From Octopus sinensis (taxonomy: Eukaryota), in the NCBI RefSeq assembly GCF_006345805.1, contig NC_043008.1, positions 30,504,001-30,568,000 of the forward strand: DNA of 64,000 nt. The letters are read 5' to 3'. A program made the position numbers and the translations under genes. Positions 39,619-53,959 of the stretch are shown piece by piece (within the stretch, counting starts at the first letter, position 1; each line of letters opens with the position of its first letter). Under the pieces are notes generated by a model. That model was not told where the DNA came from and ran no database searches. It worked only from the letters and a program-made list of their open reading frames with translations.

Positions 39619-39730
39619 TCATCATCATCATTATCATCATCATTATCATTATTATTAGTGTTGCTGTTGTTGTCGTCGTCGTCGTCGTTGTTGTTGTTAT
39701 TGTTATTATCATCCTTATTATCATTATCTT
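39465..39730. repeat. (ATT/ATC/GTT)n microsatellite
   Basis: Direct reading. Confidence 0.97.
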
Positions 39731-40701
39731 ATCTTTTCAATTCTGTATCCATGTCTTACCGAGTGTCTTAACTGGCAGAATAGCGCTTCCGAGGAAATGC
39801 AAGACGGTATTTTTTCAGGGTCTATATCTTTTGAGCTCAAATCCTGAGTATTGCCAGGTTTCCAGATATTAAAGCACCCAACCAGGGCGTAGACGATATA
39901 ATAAAATATACATACATCTCTCGTGTTTCACGCCGTGTGCTAATGAAAGTAATCAGAATTTATATTATTCCTCATTGAATAAGCAGATTAATTCGCTAAA
40001 ATTTATAATCTAATAGTCGTAGAGAAATTTGTTTGTTATTTTCCCTATTTCAAAAAGACCTCTTTTGCAACAGATAACTGTTGAATATTTCAAATGAAAG
40101 AATTTTCACTATTAATACATTGTACATTCCAGGAATTTCTAAATGAATTCTTTAAGGAATATTCTTATTCTAATTATAAGCAAATTAACAGAAATATCCT
40201 TTGTTCCGATTCAATAGACTGCTTTGTGGATATGAATTCTGTTTCTCTAGATAAATATATATTGACAATTCATGAATAATTAGAAGGCAAAACATTGTAA
40301 TCACTGATTTTACATTCAAAACAAATGGCTAATTAAATACACGTTTGTCTTTGAATATTCATCTCTCTCGCTCTCGCTCTTTCTCTCTTTCTCTCTCCCT
40401 CTCTCCCCTCTATTTCTAGCTATCTATTAGTCACTCTCTCTCTCCCCCTCTTTCTCTGTATATATATATATATATATACATACATACAAATAAGCGTATA
40501 AGTATATGTGTGTATGTATCTGTATAAATAAGTATATGTAGCACGTGGATTATGTATGCACCTACATATGTAAACAAACCAAAACCTATATAAGTACACA
40601 AGTATATGTAAGATTTATAAATTCGTATACACAAAAACCTATCTATATAAATATCTATATATACATACATATATATATATGTATGTATGTATGTATGAAT
40701 G

Positions 40702-40766
<65 letters not shown>

Positions 40767-40919
40767 CCAAGTGTGGGAATGTGTGTGTATAACTACACAT
40801 AGAGGAGAATTCAGTTACGAAATCTCTTTCTTTGTATTTATGCAATGTAATACATGTGTAAATATTTATAAATATCCCTGTATATGTATATATATTTGTG
40901 TTTGTGTGTATGTGCGAGT

Positions 40920-41048
<129 letters not shown>

Positions 41049-41072
41049 AGGTATATATATATATAGAGAGAG

Positions 41073-41107
<35 letters not shown>

Positions 41108-41124
41108 GAGATAGATAGATAGAT

Positions 41125-41161
<37 letters not shown>

Positions 41162-41789
41162 CATAGCTATAGATATAGATATATATGTACGTTTAAATAG
41201 TCGTTTTGCAAGATTCTTGCTGTGAGTTCCTGTGTCGAAACAGACATTGTTGTATTTGGAGATGGTCATGTTGCCAGTTTAGCCAAGGAAAACACACGCA
41301 CTATATATTTGATGTTCACTTGCTTCAGCTTTATTTCATATGAATTGTATTTCGATCAGAGTTCTTTCGTCACACTTCTTTTGAACTTATCAGCGGTCCT
41401 TTGCTTCCTTCTTTCTTTTTTGTGTCACTCCTTCCTAACGATCTGCCATTTTGTATTCCTGTTGTGTGTGTCTTTATTTGCGCATGAGTATATCCCTGTG
41501 AGTGTCTATATTTAATGTGTGTGGGGGTCGAATGTGTATGCTACCTGCATTATCAGTATCCCATGTTTATTCACGTTCGTTTAATTTACTTTTATTTATT
41601 TTATACATTTGTTTTTTATTTATTTACTTTTTCTTTCCTTTCAATTGTTTTGTATTAATTTAATTTTTTTGCATTAATTTAATTCAATTTATAATATGTT
41701 GTTTATGCATTTATTTAATTCCATTTATTTATCTGTCTACTGTTTTAGTTTCATATTATTATTAGTTTATGGCGATCCTATCCTGCCAT

Positions 41790-42900
41790 AGATTGTGGTG
41801 TATGTGGCTGGTGCTAGTGTTCCATTTTAGTTTACTATTTAGGCTAGGTTTATCTTCTATCATATGTGTAGCGTCCGTAATTTGTCTAAGCGTTCTGTGA
41901 GGGGAAACAATTTTAACTCCTATCTTCGTGAGTGTTCTCGCTCAGCGTTCTGGTATAACACATATGCGCCCTTCTCTGCCTTAAGTTCTCTCAAATGCTC
42001 ATTTACCCGCTCTCCAATGCTCCATGCTGACCCCCCTACGTACGTTGTTGTCTTGTTTCTGAGCCGTCCCTCTGTACATCTTATACTATATAGACTACAT
42101 TCCTAGCTTTACAGTTTGTTTGTGGGAAAAATCTACATACAATACAGTCCCTATCATTACAAGGGTTCTATTAAAAGGGTAGGTTCTACCGTTTATGGAT
42201 TTAACAGGATTATCTGGTCTTTCTACAACCTTAATTTTTAGCTAAAGTTTTCTAGAGCCCTTCTAAAGTGGTACGCCAGTTCACCTCTAGTCTTGGTATC
42301 GACGAATATGACACTCTGGTATTTGTGGCTATCATACCATGAGTTGGCCTTCTCTATTTTCTTCTTAGTTCTTTGAATGGCATTCCATGACTTGCTCCTA
42401 TAGAATAGGCAAATCGCATTCCTATCGTTACTCTTGATAATTTCAAATTTTCTCCTTTGTATGCGGTGAATGGAGTGTTGTATGTGTCTCTTTAACTCTG
42501 TAGGATCACACATGCGAGACATTTCTCATTACTCTGATGAGGTCTGCCATCAATATATTTCCAACCGGAGTTCTGTATCTAGTACTTGTAGTCTATAGTT
42601 AGCGTGTTTCGCAGGGTAGTCTATCGTGACCTGAATACTCTGGTGAATGGAGTTAGCTATGCTGGATACTCTCCATAGTATTAGTTTCTATTTGTATTTC
42701 AAGGGTACTCTCTTGTGGGGGTGCCTTTACTACTATGTTGATATCATCGACATAGCGAGAGTACATGGTCATGAGTATGGAGTTCTGTGCCAGGCGTTCT
42801 CTAACTCTCCTCTCCAAACACACCATGAAAAGTTTGGCCGCATGATGATGTGGACAATTGTTCTTGGACTTCAGAAATGCACGGCCAACAATTTCCAAGC
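41790..42900 (-). mobile_element. Penelope-like element fragment (RT + GIY-YIG), pseudogenised
   Basis: AKLFMVCLE..YSRYVDDINIVV (PLE RT motif), IHQSIQVTIDYP..LQVLD, RNVVY..TTYVGGSAWSIGERVNEHLRE (GIY-YIG). Confidence 0.9.
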
Positions 42901-43400
42901 CTTGGTAACTCTGGTTGGAAACAAGATTTCTGTATCTAATAAAACCCAAATCCTCCATTCACACTATGCTAAACCTATGGCATCCAAGTACCTGATCCAC
43001 CGGAACTCAACTACCGCGGGCAATGCCAAATTCAATATATTGATGGCAGACCTCATCAGAGTAATGAGAAATGTCTCGCATGTGCAACCCTACAGGGTTA
43101 AAGAGACACATACAACACTTCGTTCACCGCATGCATTTCTCAGGGTACAACCATAGGGAAAGGGTCAGAGTATGTATAAAAGAGCCTGGAGGAAATTTGA
43201 AATTATCAAGAGTAACAACGATAGGAACAGTAGAAAGTCGTGGAATACCATGTGCAAATAAACAATTACAGTTAACAGAGAAAGATGACGACGAAAATCT
43301 TGCCCAGTCACGTGGACCTGAGAACAAAGATAAGATCTGATGTCGCTTCCAAACCAATAAAACAAGAGGCTGACATAGCATAATAGGTCTAACATTTGAA
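42901..43400 (+). mobile_element. Second Penelope-like fragment of the same family, opposite orientation
   Basis: QILHSHYAKPMASKYLIHRNS..KFNILMADLIRVMRNVSRMCNPTGLKRHIQHFVHRMHFSGY; shares long nucleotide blocks with 42420-42590. Confidence 0.85.
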
Positions 43401-43592
43401 GCCCCCTTGAGTTTTTTTCTTATTTCCTCTTACTTGACCTCCAAGTGCTTAACGAGCTGTTCAATGACTCTACACAACTAAGTTGCGTGGATTTGAGTCA
43501 AACAATTATGAAACTTCATGTGGATGTGTGTGAGTGTGTGTGTGGGTGAATGTCTCTCTGTCTTTGAGTGTATGAATACATATATATGTATG

Positions 43593-43631
<39 letters not shown>

Positions 43632-45204
43632 TGTGTGTGTGTACACACATACATGTATATAAATATATGCATACATATATACATAAAACAAATGAATGCA
43701 TACCTATATATTTGCGCGCATGAGTACGTTTATATATTTGAATTAAACAGAACATATACACAAACATTATATATATCCATACACACCGGCAACCATACAT
43801 CCGTCATGTTTTATACAAGTATATGACAAGAATGTACGTATATGTACTTCTGTGTGTATGTCTGGATTTTCCGACTACCGTAATAAATCTCCCATAACTA
43901 GCTAGTGTTAGGTAACTGCTTATTATCAAAAGGCGTGAATAAATCAATTTACTGTAATAGATATTAATAATGAAACCTCGCGAGAAATCACACTATAATG
44001 ATTGGAATTTCCAGATTTCATTTCTATCTGTTATATGAAATATTACGAATCTATCTCATTTTGAAGTTGCACCAGAGAGCTTCCAAGTGATATACAATGT
44101 TATATTACGTAATGTCTAAACAGTAGAATTGAAATGAGAGCTACCACTCAAAAGCGTCTCCATCTACTCACGATTTCTTAGTGTTATACAAACACACACA
44201 TATACACATGCACACACACATACATACACACAGAAATGTGTATGAATATTTTCAAATGTATATACATTTATATATGTACGTATCATGCATGTATATATTC
44301 ACATGCATATGTATATTATATATATATATATATATAGTCATCTAATTGAGGAAATGTACACACACGTGCAACCTTAAAGGATACAAAAATGTAAGCCTAA
44401 AGGATTTTTTCCTTTTTCTTTTCTTTCTCCTTTTTCTCCGGTCTATATTCCTCCGATAAACTCTAAATCATTCTGATGACGTTTGTTAAATGGAACGAGA
44501 AAAATGATAATTTACTCCAAAAATAACAAACAGAGACAGCTGTAAATGTTTTTTAACTAATTAAACTATGACCATTTAATATCAATGATCAGCTTCTAAT
44601 TGTTAATTGTTGCTCTCTTTCGTTTCATATCTGAATATATGTGTGAGTGTATGTATGTAGGTGTGTATGTATATATGCATGGTTGTATGTATGTATGTAT
44701 GTATGTATGTATGTATGTATGTATGTATGTATACATGTATGTATATTCATATTTATATATATGTAGATATAATTAATGACTATCAGTCGGCAAACCCTTA
44801 AACGCTCCAGCAGGACCACTTTCTTTGCTCTGCTCATCAATATATACAAAGAGCAATATATATAATTTTTTTCATTGATATTTAAATTGTTTTCAGTTCT
44901 GATTTATACTATATTGTGCAAAATGACTTTTAAAATTAATTTTGAACCATCAAAATCACAAATACGCAAATTTGTTTAATCAGTACACTACTAACATTAT
45001 TTACAATTGCTTTATAAGTGGGTAATCCATGCTCATTGATCGATGACAGAATCCGGTATTTCTACATTGAGATGCGGTCAACATATCGTGAAAGAGTTCA
45101 TCAGGCGATATCCTTCTTTTCTTCCACATCAAAATGTATTCACTTTCTTATTGAACCCACATTCAGGTTTTATGATATTTCTTCTGGTTGTTCTTCCGAT
45201 ATAT

Positions 45205-45277
<73 letters not shown>

Positions 45278-45430
45278 TATATATAGATATATATATATAT
45301 ATGAATAAATAAATAAATAGAGTTGAACCAAGATATTAATAAAATTCCTTTACTTTCGACATATGTGGTTTTATTCCAAAGGAATAAACGGTGTAAGATG
45401 CAATCTTCTCATCAGCATTGTATATGTATG

Positions 45431-45494
<64 letters not shown>

Positions 45495-45530
45495 TATATA
45501 TATATACATACATACATATACACACACATA

Positions 45531-45566
<36 letters not shown>

Positions 45567-46519
45567 ATATATATACTACTTCATTTTTCTGTATTTGTTG
45601 TGAATAAATTTTTCCTTTATTGGTTTGCTCAAGCAGGTTGTGATTTATTTCCAGATGTACTCTGATCCAGAATGTATTCACTCAAACCGTCCCTTTTTCT
45701 AAGGATATGTAATATTGCATTGGATTATTTTTCTAATGTAATACGGTGTGGTTTGAGACATATTTTGCTGCTACTTCTCATTTATCGAGCGTCGACATAG
45801 CGCCTTCTTAGTTTGAGGAATATTTTGTGACAATAAACCAGGACTTGAATTTGAATGTTAAGATTGATGTATGAATATTTCTCTAGTGGAATGTTTCATG
45901 ATTTAATCCTGAAAAATCAGATTGTTATTGAAGATTTCGTGACGGCTAAATCTGTTAAAAGCTGCAACCTAGATCTTACTAATAGTGCACACTACTCTGT
46001 CAAAGAATAGAATTCTGAATTTCATTATGTTATCCAATATATACAATGACAGAATATAAGTTTGGAACACTTGATTATAGGTCAATCCAATCAGACCTGA
46101 GCAGACCTTAACGACATCACGTAACAACAACGTTATTAAGATTTAATGTCTGAAACTTTCATTATGTTAATTATATGAGAGGTGTTTCTCACTGCAGTTA
46201 CAAAACTGGAGTGTTACAAGTAATTGCTATTGCACATTTACAATTGAATAGGAAACCGTAAAGCAGTGTGCCTCTCTTCAGTTCTATAATTTCCCTAGAT
46301 TTTATAGTCAGAGTACCTAATAGAAATAACAGCCAAATTTCAACTAAAACATTCCTAGTTACAAAATTGTTAGCCAGAAGCATCTTTGATAATGTAGTCC
46401 AGGGAACAAGCACCAACCACAAAAACTTTTGCATTTACTTGCAATGCAGATTTAATGATAGGGTAAGAATCAACGTTTTCTCCAGTGACTCTTCCATATA
46501 TCCTACTTTTCCTATTCAG

Positions 46520-46663
46520 ATATTTGGTGAAGTTCATTTGATACCAAAAAGCATTAACACTAACATTGATCTGCTGATCATAAAGGAATCAAAATTCGAC
46601 CAGCATTTGTCAACAATTTTTGAGCAAATATATCTTTTATGTAAATTCCGTCCGTTATGGCAG
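46520..46663 (+). CDS. Candidate internal exon, 48 aa, phase 0-0 (IFGEVHLIPKS...CKFRPLWQ), unidentified
   Basis: Acceptor tcctacttttcctattcag|, donor CAG|gtatgt, single open frame of 144 nt. Confidence 0.3.
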
Positions 46664-47096
46664 GTATGTTGAAACTGTCACTAGTAGTAACTTCATATTC
46701 CTAATGAAAAAATATATTTTTACACTATGATGTCGAAATGTATTTAAAAGGAAACCCTGAAGGAGAATTGTTGGGCGCATTGACAAGCTAATCTTCGGTG
46801 ACGTGACATGACAAAAATCAAGTTTAAAACAAAGGAGATAGAAAGCTAGAATTCTGTCAGTTGCATTGACACGAATTTGACCCATTAACATTTACTCCAT
46901 CAATCTTAGATTCTTCCAGTTATGCAGCGTGTATTTATTTTAGTTTATCAGATTATCCTATATGTATATAATCAAATTGAACTTGGATTATCAGTCTGAT
47001 TCACCTGTAGTTTTCTTTTCAATAGACAGGAGACAAACGAAGTGGGGGGAGAATGGCTGAGACAATATGAAAACAACTAGACAGACAAACAGACAC

Positions 47097-47263
<167 letters not shown>

Positions 47264-47339
47264 TACCTTTCCTGTTCTTGCGTAGAATTAATCGCTATCC
47301 CAATTGACGACCACTACCTCTTATTTTCTATATGTTTAG

Positions 47340-47431
47340 CGGTATTCCCTCTGTTGCAATCATTCGGGCCAGGGCTCGGCCAGAATGATGATAGTTGTTT
47401 TCATCTGATCAGTCCCAGAAACCCTCAAAAT
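47340..47431 (+). CDS. Candidate exon (xVFPLLQSFGPGLGQNDDSCFHLISPRNPQN), unidentified
   Basis: Acceptor cttattttctatatgtttag|, only one open frame, weak donor |gtatta. Confidence 0.2.
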
Positions 47432-48961
47432 GTATTAGGCCTGCACTTTATTTTTTAACAATGCATTTAAAAATAAATTATCTAAATATTTGTCCCAATG
47501 TTCAATCATGCTTCTCAGGCTAATTTACACTAAGATTTTATAGAGTGTTGAAATTGTTTAATGTTCATTATTGTGTAATATTATGCTTTGGTGTTCTAGT
47601 CCAACATTACACATTTATTGAAACAATTAGTTTTTATCTGAAATAAACTAAGTCTAAAACTACTAGATTAATGAATGAGGTAATGGCCATCTTGATTTAT
47701 ATTCATAATTCATATATTGTTAGTATGGGGGATATAAAATAGAAATAGTAATGTATAGGGCAAATTTTTTAAAGTATTTCACAACTATATAGAATTTGTG
47801 GTTTAGAAGTGCAGCTTGATCATATTTCTCTTTCAACTGTCGGGGAAATCAGTGATAGTATAAGAAGAAATAATGTAATGGTTACATCAATATTACTGAA
47901 CCATAGAATAAAAAAGCGCTTGAGTACTTTGTCACTTACAAAATACTTTGCACTCCAATGTTACACTTCTTTGATATTTTGAGTACAAATCCCTTACGAG
48001 TCGAGCGTATTTTTTGATCACCTGGCGTCCACACGACACTTACCAATTATTTAAGTCTTACTAGGATAGATGGCTATCTTTTAAAGAATATTTTTCATAA
48101 CTAATTAAAAGAAATAAATATTTACGCCCTGAAGAGTGAAAATACGACTGAGACAATACAGAGTCTTGGCTTATGATCAAAAGAAATCTTAATTCATCTT
48201 TCCTACGCCTTAAAGATGGATATCTGTATATACACTTATATTCCTCTAGGGAGTTGCCTTCAAATGTTATCTTGGTAGTTTTAGCCTTTCAAGCACAATG
48301 AATATCGATCAGGAATATTTTGAAGATGATAAGAAATGTTTGGCATTCTGTTTGTCCAAAATAAACTAGTTTTTGTTTATTTTATCATATAAAGTGAAAA
48401 ATGTGGATTCATACATTTTACTTACTTTTACGCTAACTTTAACTTTAAAATTAAATGTAAATTATGGATGTTTCGCTTATTCCTAACTTAACCGTCACTA
48501 GAAATATAATGTAATATAATATAACCTAATATGATATATTTAAAATTAAGTTTAAGCACGATTATTATCATCAAATTGCTTTTTCCGAATTTTAAATGAT
48601 GAATTTGTTTTTAAGAATAAAGCTGGATTTCGAAGTTGTTTTTTTCTAATTTTGATTACCTAAAATTACGTCTTTTCTAAATGTCAAAAATAGTAAAATT
48701 GAATTCTTCCAACATATGACGTGTATATATATATATAAATATATATATATATATTCTTTTAATTGTGGTTAATAAGAATATGTTTTTGCAATAAAAGGCC
48801 CAAATTTTTTTATATTATAATAATTTTGATTTTCAAAATACATTAAAATATCTTTACATGTTCCCTTTGCTCTCTCGTTCTTTCTCTCTCTCTGTCACTC
48901 TCTCTCTCTCTCTCTCTCTCTATGTATTCACACACACACACACATATATGTATGTCCAAAA

Positions 48962-49507
48962 TTAGAGAACGGAGTAGATAAATCCAGGCTAAATATATTT
49001 CGTAGGTAAAAGAACCTCGGAAGTAGTAATTACCCAAAATATGGGTAACTCGCAATCCACTTGTCAGGTCAAATATATCTTAACCAATTGAAATTCCATT
49101 GTCGTTAAGAGTACCAAGTTGACTCGCCGGGGAAGTAAAAACTTTGTGGGAAGTACAGAGTGAGAGAACAAATGAGAACAAATATTTGTCAAGAAATAAT
49201 ATATGCAGTGGGTAAATGTCTCAGTTTGTTAAGGAAAAGAATAAGAATACTCATTCGTATTTTTGTTCACATCTTTTTATGTTTTCCTTTTTGTTCGCTC
49301 ACTCTGTGCTTTCCACGCATTTTCGATCATATCTCCTGTGAGTTAACATGGGACCCCTTGACGATAATATAAACTTCGTTTGAGTAAGGTATCTTTATCC
49401 CGACAAGTAGCTAGCGGATTACTCCTCGTTTGAGAAATTACTACTTCCGAGGTTTTGCTAGCTACGAAATATATTTAGCCTGGCTATTATTTACTCTATT
49501 CCCTAAT
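48962..49507. mobile_element. MITE with ~130-bp imperfect inverted arms
   Basis: ttagagaacggagtagataaatccaggctaaatatatttcgtag.. vs ..ctacgaaatatatttagcctggctattatttactctattccctaa. Confidence 0.8.
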
Positions 49508-49701
49508 TTTTGATTTTTATTCGCATACACAGAAACCTCAGCTGCAAACCGTGAACTATAGAATAATTTTTTCAGCTTACCGTACTTCGATATGGGAAAA
49601 AGTTACATTCTACGTCAATAAACTACTATTGTTCCTTAAAGTTGATTTTGATACCTTCTACGGACTGCTCGAAACTTACTAACTTGGGTTTTATTTTTAC
49701 C

Positions 49702-49740
<39 letters not shown>

Positions 49741-51011
49741 TCTCTCTCCCTCTCTATCTATTTATCCTTCTCTTCTTGACACTTGATAATATTCAGCATA
49801 TCTTGCAGCATTCATGTATATTTTTATCGCATTTATTTTATATATTTTTTGTTTGATATTTCGTGCGCTCATCAACTTATTACATACATATATCGATCAT
49901 CGAAATCTGAAAAATTGTTCAATTCAATTACCTAGCCTGCGTTCTTGGGTAAGAAATAAATGTCATAGAGTTCCTTACCTCTTAAAATAGATAATGCACA
50001 GAGATGTAATTTTGTGCTCTAACTAATGATGACGCTTTCGGTTGATACGTTTAAGAGCAAGAGTTCATTCACACGCATCGCGTTATGGCTTATTTTACTG
50101 TGGTGAGTTTGTGGAGAAACCTTTTCAGTCACTTTAGATGCATGGACAGAAAAATCAACAGCAGAACAATTTAATCCCCACCTTAAATTATCATAATTAA
50201 CTCCCTTGAGGCATTTAGCCCTGCATTCATCCAATTCTTAGATCCAACTCTTGATTGACTTTATGATCTAAAAAGTCGAACCTTTTGCACATAATTTTTG
50301 GAAATAATTCGAGCAATTCTAGCGATCCTGCTATTTTAATATTGGCATTTTTTCACCAAGCTCGCAGATGGAGAATATATAAAGTATATTGCATCTAAAT
50401 GTGAACTCAGAATTCACAGAGATAATAACAAACTATTCTGTCTGAGGTTTCTATCGATTCCAGCATCAATTACTAATCTAATAATTGGTTTCTTACTTTG
50501 CCACAAAGCCAGAAATTTCAGGGAGTCGATTTAGCTGATTTAATCGATCTCCATTACTTGACTGGTGATTATATTATCGACTCCAAATGCAAAATGTTGT
50601 AACTAAATACTATAGGGTATTTGGTCAGTCTCTCCTATTTGCAATTCAAGCCAAAGTCTATATTTACTATCATCTCCCCAGCGTCAGTAGTAATAAGCGC
50701 CAGTAAAACAGCAAGCTAGATTTAGGCGTCCAAAATCTTTCATCTTTAAACGATGAAAATCTCTTTAGATGAGCCAAAAAGATATTTTTTTTTACAAATA
50801 TTATTTATTCAGTTACATTTTTATGTTGTACTTTGATGTTTTATTTAAATGCTTTATAAAATTTTTTGTTGATATATGTTATTGCTTAGATTCTTATTGT
50901 GATTTTGTATTTAATACCATTTTAATCAATGGTGGAATCTAGTTGTTTTAAGAGATAAACTATATATATTACAATTTTTCACTACTCCATACTCATATTA
51001 CTCTCTTCCAG

Positions 51012-51041
51012 CCACTGTGAATGGAACTTTCGTTAAAAGAG
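51012..51041 (+). CDS. Candidate 30-nt symmetric phase-1 micro-exon (xTVNGTFVKRx)
   Basis: Long polypyrimidine acceptor ..atattactctcttccag|, consensus donor AG|gtaagt, only phase 1 is open. Confidence 0.45.
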
Positions 51042-52841
51042 GTAAGTAGGTCTAACTTTTATTATTTTAAAGCATGGCACTTCTAGCTGCGCAATGAAAA
51101 CAATTCTTTCAGACATACATTTTTCTGTTCTTTTTTTTATATATATACTTGTAAATCACGAAATCTCATCTTTAGAAAAAATACATATATAAACTAACAT
51201 TGGAAATTTAACTTTAAAGAGTTGTTGGGAATTTTTTTTTATTTCGGATTTTCTTTATCATTTAAATTTATTTTTATGTCTAACCCATCAGAAATGTTCG
51301 TTTTATTACCCATTGAGGAAAGATTTGTTTATTTTATCAATACGGTTTTATTTTTATTTTCATTACTTGAATGTAATATGTCTTGCCATCCAATAAGTAA
51401 AAGAGCAACACACTGCTCATTCTACTTTTACTAATAGTGGTTTCTTATCATCAGTAATAGAGGCCTTGTATTTAATGTGTATGTGTGGGTGTGGGTGTGT
51501 GTGTGTGTGTGTAGATATCAATAGGAAGTTGTAACACTCATGTAATTCCCAGCGGCTCTAAAAGAGACATTGAAATGTTTCAACAGTGTACTAAATCATA
51601 TTAACACCTTCACGTTCCAATAATTTACCCTTGGGTAGTTGCTCCACACGCTAGAAATAACACACTACTCTTGCTCAAATGAATCGCCAATCTGCTACAT
51701 AAGGAAAGTTCACATTAAATAGTAAACAAACGCGTAAAAAGAGGGATTGGTCACGGTCGGAATGTCATTGATCATAGGTTTGATCGATCAAACTTCAAGT
51801 GATTTTCTTCATCTTTTACGTTCACGGTATTCTTGTTTCCCTACATACTACAGTTCCAAAGTGCCACAGAATTGGTTGATTTTTTCACATATTTGAATAT
51901 TGGTGATGATGAAGTTTCTTTGTTGACCATAATATTCCTAATGTTTCTGAAATCATAAGGAAGGGGCCACTTGCTATTGAGATTGATTAGTGAAAAGAAA
52001 AAGATATGCATTAGATCTCCACAATTTTTGGTTTGCAAAACACCTTGTCACTACAATACAATTATATTGAAACAATGAGAATACATACCGACTGGACAGA
52101 TATACCAGAGCCAGATTCTCTTACGCTGTGCTTTGGCACCTTTTCTCAAGGCCGACAATCGGATGTGATACTCTAAACGGATTTCGAACTCAAAACACAA
52201 AAAGCTGAAATATCTCGTCCAACTCTCTAAAACCCCCGCCAATCCACTAACTTGGATCAGCATTTTAGTTACGTACTCGATAGAGAGAAGGTGCAATCTG
52301 ACCTCTAAGTGTTTAGAATTTAGATCATAGAGATGTAGAATAAGTACTGCAATAGATTTTATCCAACACTTTAAGATCTGTGTTAATTCGCAGCCTTCAC
52401 CGGACGATAGAAAAACACAATACTGTATTTTCAGAGTTCTCCTTATTCTGAAACCCAATTCCAGCTGAGGTTAGCTAAGCTATAACCTCAAGGGAAAATA
52501 CATAACTGCCATTACTATGATATTAGTCTTATGAATCAACAAAACAATTTTCCTACAAATATTGGCCTTGTGTTTAGTTGTTAGCATTGTTGTTGTCGAA
52601 GTAACTTATTGGGACCAATGGGACAATGACATATCCATCTTCCTAGAAGTATATCTAGAACTACATAATTAATTGTGACCTTCCTTCCTATAAAAGGGTA
52701 GTGTGTGATTTTAGAGAGATTTAGCTAATATTTCTATCAGATCAACCACGTAAACATTTTATCTTCGTCACCTTGTGCCTATTTGATGATGATGATGCTG
52801 TTGTTGTCGTTGGTGCTGTTGTTTTTGTTATGTCTCTCCAG

Positions 52842-52871
52842 ATCAGAACTGCAGCAAAATATGTACTAGTT
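52842..52871 (+). CDS. Candidate 30-nt micro-exon (phase 1: xQNCSKICTSx)
   Basis: Acceptor gtttttgttatgtctctccag|, donor |gtaaca (moderate); length is a multiple of 3. Confidence 0.2.
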
Positions 52872-53443
52872 GTAACAATTACAATATTGCGCTAGCTAAT
52901 GTGCTCTTTCTTAAGACGATATGTGCGTGATCTGAGGGGATTTCAGCTGTAATTTTAAGCAGTTGAAGTAACTCTGTAGAACTCATTTTTAAACTAGTAC
53001 TCAGTCTTCTACAATTAACAACGCCACAAGCAGTAACAACGAAAAACAAGCACAACAACAATTACAATTTAAGATATTATGAATTTATTAATGAACAATC
53101 ATTTTACTGATTTACAGAAGAAAATAGTATACATTAATTTGCAAATAATAATTCCACAACTTCGTGCATGTGTTTTCGTACTCAGCTGATTTAAAGTTTT
53201 GGTCATGTATCAATTTCTGTGTAGTGATCTTTATTTGATATTGAGTTGTGACTCAGAATTTGTTGACCATGTTAGTATATAAGTGTCTATTTATTGCAAA
53301 AGTATTTTATGCAAAAGTGCTTACGTGTGCGTATGCACAGGCGTGTGGGTGTGCACGGGCGAGCGTGTGCGTGTGCGACGGCGTGTGAGTGTGTAAATTT
53401 ACATAAGATGCAACAGTCTAATGATTACGAAGTTTGTCATGTT

Positions 53444-53610
<167 letters not shown>

Positions 53611-53620
53611 CTGATACTGA

Positions 53621-53959
53621 AGGCGCATGGCTCAGTGGTTAGAGCGTCGAGCTTACGATCGTGAGGTTGTGAGCTCGAATCCCGGACCGGGCTGCATGTT
53701 GTGTTCTTCAGCAAGGCACTTTATTTCACGTTGCTCCAGTTCACTCAGCTGTAGAAATGAGTTGCGACGTCACTGGTGCCAAGCTGTATCGACCTTTGTC
53801 TTTCCCTTGGATAACACTGGTGGCGTGGAGAGGGGAGGCTGGTATGCATGGGCGACTGCTGGTCTTCCATAAACAACCTTGCCCGGACTTGTGTCTAGGA
53901 GGGTAACATTCTAGGTGCAATCCCATGGTCATTCATGACCGAAGGGGGTCTTTACCCTT
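53621..53959 (+). mobile_element. SINE family B (tRNA head + CORE-like central domain), full length
   Basis: tggctcagtggttagagc (A box), gagctcgaatcc (B box), gtgttcttcagcaaggcact..cagctgtagaaatgag central domain. Confidence 0.92.

Noticed and set aside
44467-44508. CUGAUGA-CGUU/AACG-AGAAA with an AUCAUU/AAUGAU stem, resembling a hammerhead
   Set aside because: Stem III and the NUH cleavage triplet are absent, so it cannot be a functional ribozyme as written. At most a deleted relic.
46198-46672. Possible NUMT (minus frame with TGA as Trp), or the 134-aa plus ORF as a single-exon gene
   Set aside because: An in-frame TAA remains and there is no resemblance to any mitochondrial protein. The plus ORF starts at GTG with no recognisable domain, so only the splice-bounded part was kept, at low confidence.
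50019-50234. LDECRAKCLK..NCSAVDF resembling a PAN/apple domain; also a plus-strand donor TGTG|gtgagt at 50103
   Set aside because: No convincing acceptor or donor on the minus strand and cysteine spacing is incomplete. The plus-strand donor has no phase-compatible partner.
53621-53695. tRNA-like sequences (also 24196-24270, 56090-56163)
   Set aside because: They run directly into SINE bodies and lack a proper acceptor stem or terminator, so they are SINE heads rather than tRNA genes.
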